DNA of 33,608 nt. It comes from Chthoniobacteraceae bacterium (GTDB lineage: Bacteria > Verrucomicrobiota > Verrucomicrobiia > Chthoniobacterales > Chthoniobacteraceae). The notes under the pieces were generated by a model. It ran no database searches, was not told the DNA's origin, and worked only from the letters and a program-made list of their open reading frames with translations. Of this stretch, positions 9,077 through 16,600 are shown piece by piece. The stretch lies in NCBI GenBank assembly GCA_031409335.1, contig JANNWY010000098.1:1-33608 (forward strand), read 5' to 3'. Both the position numbers and the translations under genes were made by a program. Position 1 is the stretch's first letter. The number at the start of each line of letters is the position of its first letter.

Positions 9077-9781
9077 TTAGGGTTTTGTGCTGAAGGGTTT
9101 GGTGGGCGCGGCTGCGACGGTGGTTCCCCAGACTTTGATGTTGGCGATCTTGCCGGTGTCGTCGAACGAACCGAAACCGATCGCGCCCGCGGCGAAGGTT
9201 TTGTCTTCCCCGGTCATGATCGGCTTTTCCATGTCGTCGAAAAACACGCGCACGGTGCCGGTGCTCGCCTTCCGTTCGATGCGCACGTGGTGCCACACGT
9301 CCAGCCCCCAGTTCACGCCTTTCGTGACTTCACCCGCGAACTTCAGCCGGGGCGCGGCTTTCACGATGAAACAATTGTGCGCGTGATCGTCCGCGGCGGT
9401 GGCGATGTGCGTGTAGTAAAAATGCGCGGGATCCTGGTATCCGTACACAAAGATCATGTCGCGATGGCCGTATTACTTTCCGGTCAGCTGGCAGTCCGCC
9501 TCGAAGATCACGTCCCCGAATGCCTTCCCCGCGAGCAGCGCGATATTCAGCGGCGAGCGAAATGGCGGCGCGTATTTGCTTTGATTGGAGAGTTCGAGCG
9601 CGGCCTTGCCATCCGCGCGCGAGATCGTCCACGCGCTGGGATCGCTCATCAGGAAATCTTTCGCGGAATCCGCGGTCGCGAAATCCTGCGAGTAGAGGAG
9701 GCGATATTCCGCGGGAATGCCGCCCGGGTTTTTAGCATGGGCGAGGGTCGCGCAGAGCAGCGGGAGGAGGATGCATCTCAT
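9077..9781 (-). pseudogene. Secreted concanavalin-A-like/3-keto-disaccharide-hydrolase-like protein interrupted by an in-frame TAA
   Basis: Track ORFs 9473..9892 and 9077..9457 are in the same frame, reading LTGK-TAA-YGHRDMIFVYGYQD. ATG 9781 starts a signal peptide (MRCILLPLLCATLAHA). C-terminus has WHHVRIER...GAIGFGSFDD, typical of such beta-sandwich proteins. Confidence 0.75.
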
Positions 9782-9971
9782 GGCGGCGACGTTTATCCAA
9801 AACGCGATCGCACGGCGAGAAGTTCGTTTGCGAGCAGGGCGCCAGGGCCGCAGTATTTGAAAAATCACCACACGATAACACCCCGATAACAATTGCCTCC
9901 GATGTTCCCTTAAACAAATTCGGTTGTCTTACGGTGAGCTGCCGATAATTTTCTAAATACAAAACCTCCTC

Positions 9972-10670
9972 ATGAAAAAAACCCTCCGTCCCCTGCAAGC
10001 CGGTCGCGGCTTTACCCTCATCGAACTGCTGACCGTCATCGCGATCATCGCGATCCTGATGGGCCTGCTTTTTCCGGCAGTCGCCGCCGTCAAGGAAGCC
10101 GCCAGAAAGGCTCAGGCTAAGAACGACGCCGTCGGCATCGTTGCCGCGATCAAGGCTTACAACACCGAATACGGCAAATACCCGCCGATCATTATCGAGA
10201 AAAATGACGAACCGGATGACGACCTGATCATCGGCGATCCCGTCTGCACGAAGGCGAAGGGAGTGAATAATCTGATATTCAATACGCTGCGCGCGATCGA
10301 CCGCACGCCGAACGACAAAAACACGCTGAACCCGCGGAGAATCGTTTTTTTTGAGGGCAAAGCGGCGCCGGATGCGGCCAACCCACGCGGAGGCTTTCTT
10401 GAGAAAGGCGGCGAAGCAACCAACCTCGGCTGTTACTTTGACCCGTGGGGCAGGCAATACAACATCATCATCGACACGAACTACGACAACCAGATCTCAG
10501 TCGATCTGGTGTATGATGATACCGATTGGAAAACGGAAGGCCGTCCGCGGGTCGGAGCGGGCGCATTTTCGATGGGCAAGGACAACCTGATCGGCGAGAA
10601 GAAGCAGAATCTCGAAAACAAATATCGCGAAGGAACAAAGACGTCGGATGACATTATTTCCTGGCAGTAG
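9972..10670 (+). CDS. Prepilin-type N-terminal cleavage/methylation domain protein (pseudopilin-like)
   Basis: RG-FTLIELLTVIAIIAILMGLL class III signal with E at +5, AIKAYNTEYGKYP, DPWGRQY, terminal DDIISW. Confidence 0.9.
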   Translation: MKKTLRPLQAGRGFTLIELLTVIAIIAILMGLLFPAVAAVKEAARKAQAKNDAVGIVAAIKAYNTEYGKYPPIIIEKNDEPDDDLIIGDPVCTKAKGVNNLIFNTLRAIDRTPNDKNTLNPRRIVFFEGKAAPDAANPRGGFLEKGGEATNLGCYFDPWGRQYNIIIDTNYDNQISVDLVYDDTDWKTEGRPRVGAGAFSMGKDNLIGEKKQNLENKYREGTKTSDDIISWQ

Positions 10671-10683
10671 GCCGGCGCAAATC

Positions 10684-10754
10684 GCGGGTGTAGTTCAATG
10701 GTAGAACGGCAGCTTCCCAAGCTGCATACGGGGGTTCGATTCCCCTCACCCGCT
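10684..10754 (+). tRNA. tRNA-Gly (anticodon CCC)
   Basis: GCGGGTG/CACCCGC acceptor stem, D-arm TAGTTCAATGGTAGAAC, anticodon arm GCAGC-TTCCCAA-GCTGC, T-loop GGTTCGATTCC, U73; CCA not fully encoded. Confidence 0.97.
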
Positions 10755-10778
10755 CCCCTCGCTACTTCGCCGCGCGGC

Positions 10779-11093
10779 TCACGGCGCGATGGCGGCGATT
10801 TTTTGTGAAAGGATTTGCGCGATGGCGGCGTTGCCGGCTCCATCGGGATTCACGCCGTCTTTGGTGAGGCTTGGCGCTGGGATGGTGCCGAAGAGGCTCG
10901 CGAAGTCGCATTCGAGTTCCTTGGCCAGCGCGGAAAAAATGCCGACCATTTTGCGGAGATCTCCCACGGCCTTGGGCGCGCACTTTGCGGTATTGTCGCG
11001 CGAGGAATTTGTGCCGAGCGCGAGGACGCGGAAGTAGTCTGCGACTTTTGTCGGCAAGCAGGTGGATTTCGGGACGCGCGTTTGAGTTCGCAC
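10779..11093 (-). pseudogene. Degenerate SGNH/GDSL hydrolase remnant
   Basis: LALGTNSS resembles block III (LGTND) and KDGVNPDGAGNAAIA resembles block V (DGVHP..AG). The catalytic His is replaced, the GDS block is absent and the middle is too short. Confidence 0.55.
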
Positions 11094-11120
11094 GATTTGG
11101 CCGGCTAAAGCCGTGGACCT

Positions 11121-12812
11121 TTACGGCATCCCGCCTTGGTAAAGCAGCGCGATTTCCTCCGCGGACATCGCGCGTTTGAGAATGGTTAGTTCATCCATGC
11201 GCCCGACGAAGTTGCGCGTGCGGCGGTTCGGGAGTTCGGCTCGCGTCCAGGCGGCGCCGGGGTTTGCGGGGTCGGCGCCCCAATTTCCAACTTCCACCGG
11301 GCCGAGCACGGCGGGGAGCCGGTGGGCGAAGCGCCCGGAGCCGCACGGCTGGCCGTCGCGGTAGTGGGTGACGTCGCCGGTCGCGGAGTCGTAGGTCGTC
11401 GCGAGGAAGAGCCAGCGCCCGAAGTCCATGTTCGAGACGGCGGGGCCGCTCACGGGGCCGTCCCAGTCTTCGTTGCGATTGCGCTGGGTGCCGGTGTTGC
11501 GCAGCGTCAGGCGGAGCTCGCCGCCGCGTTCGATCTGCCAGTGGAGCGAGCCGGCTTGGTAGTGCGAGGGCATGAGCAGCGCGTTGTAATCATTCGGCAG
11601 GCTGTCCACGCGTACCCACGTCAGCAGCGTGATCGCGCGGTGCGAGCCGGGCACGGTGAAGCGCAGGCGGTCGCCGAGGCTGCGAAATTCCAGCGCGCGT
11701 TTGCCGGGCCAGCGCCCGCCAGTCCAGCCCGCGCCGACGAGCGCGCCCTTGGATTCGGCGGCGGCTTGCGCGGCGCGGTTCGTCACGGTGCGGGTCGATT
11801 CCACTTCGCCGTCGAGCGGGTAGCTGAGCAGTGTCGCGGGCTCGGCGGCGAGCGCGGTCATCGCGGTTTTCCATGCCTTCGCGCGGGCGCGTCCGGCGGC
11901 GTTGGCGCTGAGGGCGAGCGCCTTGCCATTCGGGAAATCGGCGAGGCGCACCGGGATGTCGTGCATCACCACGCCGTCGAGCCGCACGGCCTGGCCGGCT
12001 TCGAGTTTTTGCGGCGCGTTTTTCGAGGTCGTCGGCGCGAGCGTCACCGCGCCATGGAAGACATGCACCTCTGCCGCGCGTCCGTCGGAGACATCGACGC
12101 CGAAGGCCGTCCCGAGATCGACGATTGCGACGCTGGGTGTGTGCAGCGTGAAGCCGCGCGCGGGCTCCGGCACGAACGCGCTGGCCTTGCCGCTTTGGAG
12201 AAAAGCGGCGTCGTCCGCATCGAGCCGCAGGTCCGCCGGGCCGGTGACGAGCAGCCGCGCGCCGCCGAGGAATTCCACCTGCACCGTACCCGCGCGCAGC
12301 CGCAGCCAGCCCGCGGAAAGCATCGTGCCGACCGCCCGCGAATCCTGTGGGCTGGCCCATTCGACGCCGACCACGCGCTTCAGCACGGCCACGGGCGCGG
12401 CGGATTCCGCGCGCTGCGAAGGCGGTCCATCCGCGGCGAACGGCACCTCCGGCACGGGCGGCGTATTTTTCAAAAAGAAAACCGCTCCACCCGCGAGCAG
12501 CGCGATGGCGGCAGCGGCGGCGAAACGCGGGAGCCACACGCGGCGGCGCGCACTTTCCACCACGCGCAGCGCAAAGCCCGGTGCGCTCACGGCGGCGACG
12601 CGCTCCTGCTCCAGCCGCAGCACGATTTCCTGCGCGGCGGTGTGGCCGAGCGGATCGCGCCCGACCGCGTGGAGCAGGCGCTCGGTGGCCATCTGCCGGG
12701 TGAAAGCGCGCCGCACTTCCGCATCCGCGCGGCAGGCGGCGGTGAGTTGCGCGGCTTCGTCCGGCGTGAGCGTGCCGTCGGCGGCGCGGGCGATGAGTTC
12801 GTCGGGCGTCAT
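11121..12812 (-). CDS. Anti-sigma factor-like protein: N-terminal anti-sigma helices, TM, FecR domain, C-terminal LamG/concanavalin-A-like domain
   Basis: MTPDELIARAADGTLTPDEAAQL; TM AAAAAIALLAGGAVFFL; FecR-like IVDLGTAFGVDV...EVHVFHGAV; LamG-like GRWLFLATTYD...FVGRMDELTILKRAMSAEEI; ATGA overlap with the sigma gene. Confidence 0.88.
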   Translation of the reverse strand: MTPDELIARAADGTLTPDEAAQLTAACRADAEVRRAFTRQMATERLLHAVGRDPLGHTAAQEIVLRLEQERVAAVSAPGFALRVVESARRRVWLPRFAAAAAIALLAGGAVFFLKNTPPVPEVPFAADGPPSQRAESAAPVAVLKRVVGVEWASPQDSRAVGTMLSAGWLRLRAGTVQVEFLGGARLLVTGPADLRLDADDAAFLQSGKASAFVPEPARGFTLHTPSVAIVDLGTAFGVDVSDGRAAEVHVFHGAVTLAPTTSKNAPQKLEAGQAVRLDGVVMHDIPVRLADFPNGKALALSANAAGRARAKAWKTAMTALAAEPATLLSYPLDGEVESTRTVTNRAAQAAAESKGALVGAGWTGGRWPGKRALEFRSLGDRLRFTVPGSHRAITLLTWVRVDSLPNDYNALLMPSHYQAGSLHWQIERGGELRLTLRNTGTQRNRNEDWDGPVSGPAVSNMDFGRWLFLATTYDSATGDVTHYRDGQPCGSGRFAHRLPAVLGPVEVGNWGADPANPGAAWTRAELPNRRTRNFVGRMDELTILKRAMSAEEIALLYQGGMP

Positions 12813-13363
12813 GGCGTGGCGAGTCTCTGGCCGATGCAGCCCGCGAGCAATTCCCGCAGCCGGTGGAGCTGCATGGAGACGGTGGAAGTCTTGCGCCCGA
12901 GCCGCGTGGCGAGCTCGTCGAGCGACGCGCCGTCGGCGTAGCGTTCGCGGATGAGTTCGCGCGCGGGGCCGTCGAGTTCTTCGAGGCATTCGCGCAGCGC
13001 GTGCATTTTTTCGGATTCGCGTCCGGCGTGAAAATCAGCGTCGAGCTGCGTGTCGAGCAGGGCTTGCAGTTCGTCGTTCAGACCGATGGGGATGGCGCGG
13101 AATTTCCGGCGGTGATTCGCGAGCAAATGCAGCGCGATGCCGCGCAGCCACGGGCCGAGCGGGAGCGTGGGGTCGATCTGCGGGAGCTTACGAAAGGCGA
13201 CGAGCAGCGCCTCCTGCGCGAGGTCTTCGGCGTCGGGCGCGTGATTCATCCGCACGGCGAGGCACGCGCGGACGCTGCCCTGATGCCGCTCGACGAGTGC
13301 GCCGAACGCGGCGAGGTCGCCGTTTTGCGCGGCGCGGATGAGGAGCGTTTCGTCTTCGGGCAT
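12809..13363 (-). CDS. ECF-family RNA polymerase sigma factor
   Basis: AAQNGDLAAFGALVERHQ, DAEDLAQEALLVAF, WLRGIA (region 2); LRECLEELDGPARELIRERY...LHRLRELLAGCI (region 4). Likely start ATG 13363. Confidence 0.93.
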   Translation of the reverse strand: MPEDETLLIRAAQNGDLAAFGALVERHQGSVRACLAVRMNHAPDAEDLAQEALLVAFRKLPQIDPTLPLGPWLRGIALHLLANHRRKFRAIPIGLNDELQALLDTQLDADFHAGRESEKMHALRECLEELDGPARELIRERYADGASLDELATRLGRKTSTVSMQLHRLRELLAGCIGQRLATP

Positions 13364-13433
13364 GGGCGTAGTCCGCTTGTAATTGTCGCTGGCGGCGGCG
13401 AACAGCACGCGCTTTGCGAAATGCCGCGCGGAT

Positions 13434-13502
13434 GCAGGCTGGTGGTCCGCGCTACGTCGCTGCGGCGTCGCCCGCGAACCGTAGCGCGGGCCTCTGGCCT
13501 GC
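13434..13502. repeat. Inverted pair of GTAG-type REP-like elements
   Basis: GCAGGCTGGTGGTCCGCGCTACG (13434-13456) is the reverse complement of CGTAGCGCGGGCCTCTGGCCTGC (13480-13502) at 19 of 23 positions. Confidence 0.65.
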
Positions 13503-13575
13503 CGTATCGCACGCTTCCAACGTGCCCCAGCGTCCGAACGGGAAGCAGCGCGCGATCCAAACACGCTATCATCCT

Positions 13576-13590
13576 GCCCCTTATTGGGGC
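13576..13590. promoter_or_regulatory. Palindromic candidate operator GCCCC-TTATT-GGGGC
   Basis: Palindrome about 100 nt upstream of the PEP-CTERM gene; the same architecture recurs at 23448-23462. Confidence 0.4.
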
Positions 13591-13691
13591 CAGTTGCCGG
13601 GAAAGAAACTGTTTCAGTGTCGCGCCGCCCGGTGATATGGCAAGATGCGCTCACGACAGTCAGCAAAGTGAAATCTCAAAGTCGAATCCCT

Positions 13692-16600
13692 ATGAAAATC
13701 GAACGCCCTCCCACCGCCCGCCGCCCCCACCGCCGGGCCATCCTCGCCACGACCATCGCAGCGCTTTTCGCCGCACACGCCGCGCACGCCGCGCCGATCA
13801 CTTGGAGCGCCGCGACGACGATCGCGGGCGATGCGGATGTCATCACTGCGGGGCTGTTCGGTTACGGTTACGATTTCGCGAATCTTGCGACGACGGTGAA
13901 TGGTGTGGCCTTCACGGGATCGAACAGCTTCACGGCGCTGGGTACCGATGTGACGCTCGCCGGATTTGCCGCGACCAACACGACGGCGTTTGGCAGCGGC
14001 GCGGGCAATCCGTTTGCGCTGCTTTCGGCAGCTTACAGAAACTTGCTGAGAGGCGGCACCTTCACGAATGGGACGCCGGTGCCGACGGCGACGGTGACGC
14101 TGAACAACCTGACAATCGGCCGCACTTATGCCGCGCAGGTGTGGGTGAATGACAACCGCGCGGGCGCGACGGCGACGCGCACGGAGACGATTTCCAGCCC
14201 GGGCGGAAACACGATCCTGCTCGACTACGACAGCACGAACGCAGCGGGCGGCGTGGGCCAGTTTTCGGTGGGGCTTTTCGCGGCGAATGCGGCGACGCAG
14301 GCGTTCACGTTGCTGGGAAATGCGTCGAGCCAAATGAATGCGCTGCAACTCCGCGACGTGACGAATCTCGGCGCGTGGGTGGGCACGGGCGGGGCGACCT
14401 GGGACACGGCGACGACGAATAATTTTGCGAGCAATCTTTTCAACGCGGCGCTGAATACGACGACGTTTGCGGCGGCGCAGGCACCGATCAGGGCGGTCGT
14501 TTTCGCCGATGTGTATTGGAACAGCGGCGCGACGGTGCCGGTGACGCAGACGGCGGTGACGATCGCGGCGGGTGGCGTTTCGACGGGGACGGTGATGTTT
14601 CAAAACAGCGCGCTGAACTACACGATCGCGAGTTCCGATGCGGTGGGCATCACGGGCGCGACGAACGTGACGATGCTGGGAACTGGCATGGTGACGCTGG
14701 ATGGCGCGCACACTTTCACGGGCGCGGCGACGATCGCGGCGGGGACGCTGAAGGTCGGGACCGCGCAGATTTTCACGGGCAGCAACGCGCTCCATATGTC
14801 GGGCACGGGTGCGCTGGAACTGAATGGGTTCAACGCGACTTTCAGCACCACGTCGTCCGCTGCGACGACTACGATCAGCGACAACGGGCTCAGCGCGGGG
14901 CTGACGACGCTGAGTTTTATCCAGACGACGAATGCGGCGGCGATCATTGGCGCGGCGATCACCGAGGGAGCGGGGCGCGACATCGCCGTGCGAATCACGA
15001 ATGCGAACGGCACGACGAGTTTCACGAATCCGAACAGCAACTTTTCGGGCGGGCTGACTTTGCTGCACAACGTGTCCGGCACGCGGCTGACGCTCGGCAC
15101 GATCGCGGCGACGACGGGTGGGCCGGGTGCGATCACGAGCGGGCCTTACGGGACGGGGCCGATCACCGTCGGGCTCGCGGCGACGGACCGGGCGGGGCTG
15201 TATTTCACCGTGGCCGGGCAGACGCTGGTGAACGATCTGGTGATGAACACCGCGCTCGGCACGGATCGCCCCGGCTTCCGCTTTGACACGACGGGCAACA
15301 CACTCTCCGGCACGATCACCGCGAATCTCGCGCCCGCGACTTTCAGCACGAATACGAACGGCGGCGTGAGCCTGACGGGGCGCGTGACCGGGCCGCGCGG
15401 GCTGACGCTCGACAACACGTTCGGCACGACGATCAACGTGACGCTCAACAACGCGACGGCGAGCCCGAACGACTATCAGGGCGACACGACGATTGCGGGG
15501 ACGAAGGGTTCCATCAATCTCGGCGCGGCGGATCAAATCCCGAACGGGGCGAGTGCCGGAAATGTGGTGAACAATGGGGCAGTGAACCTCAACGGCTTCA
15601 ACGAAACGATCAACGGACTGAGCGGGACCGGCACGGTGAATGGAAACAGCGGCGCGCCCACGCTGATCGTCGGCGACAACAATGCGGGCGGCACCTTTTC
15701 GGGAATCGTCCGCGACAACAGCGGCGTGCTCGCGCTGACGAAAATCGGCAACGGCGCGCAGGTGCTCGGTGGCGTGAACGCCTACACCGGCGCGACGACG
15801 GTGAGCGGCGGAAAACTTTTCGTGAATGGCTCGCTGGATTTCGCGTCCACGACGACCGTTGGCGCGAGCGCGACGCTCGGTGGCCTGGGCACGGTGAATG
15901 GCCCCGTGATCGTGAGCAATGGCGGCGCGCTCGAAGCCGGGCACCTCGGCCAGAACGCGCTGAATCTCGCGAACGTCACCTTCGGCGCGGCGTCCGGCGA
16001 TCTTTCCACGATCGTTTTTTCAAACCTCGCGGGCGGGGCGAATGCGGGCGTGGTGAACGTGCTCGATTTCAATGGCTTCACCGCGAACGGCGGTGCGGCG
16101 AGCATCCGCCTCGCGGGCAATGTCGCCGGGCTGACGGGCGGCACTTACAAACTCATCGGCTACAGCGGCGCGGCGCTCGGCACGACGCGGTTTGCGGACA
16201 CTTTCACGAAAAACTCGCGACAGGTCCTCGGCATCGCGGATAGCGCGGGGACGCAGATCGAACTGACCGTCGCCACCGATCCGCCGAAGTGGACCGGGCT
16301 CGCGAGCGGCGAATGGAGCACGGCCACGCTGGGCGCGCCGAAGAACTGGAAACTGATCACCGCCGGCACGCAGACGGATTTCATCACGAGCGACGCGGTG
16401 CTTTTTGAAGACCTCATCGGTGGCACGAGCGCGGTCGATATTACCGGCGCAAACGTCGCGACGGGCAGCGTGACTTTTAACAACCAGAACACGGCGTACA
16501 CCGTGTCGAGCGGCGGCGTCTTCGGCATCTCGGATGGCCTCGTGGTGAAGAACAACACCGGCACCGTGACGATCGCGACGGCGAATTCCTACACCGGCGG

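Noticed and set aside
10684..10754. tRNA-Gly as attachment site of an integrated element
   Set aside because: No integrase and no duplicated tRNA 3' end seen within the window.
10767..10804. Stem plus T-run after tRNA-Gly as an intrinsic terminator
   Set aside because: Large loop, and it overlaps the end of the minus-strand SGNH remnant, so it may be coincidental.
13648..13658. 11-mer CGCTCACGACA shared with 23328-23338
   Set aside because: Short, GC-rich, and in a different position relative to the palindrome; compatible with chance.
13614..15944. 776-aa Arg-rich minus-strand ORF (also 19208..21652 and the many minus ORFs across 24000-33400)
   Set aside because: Shadow frames of the large plus-strand genes; composition is typical of antisense reading.
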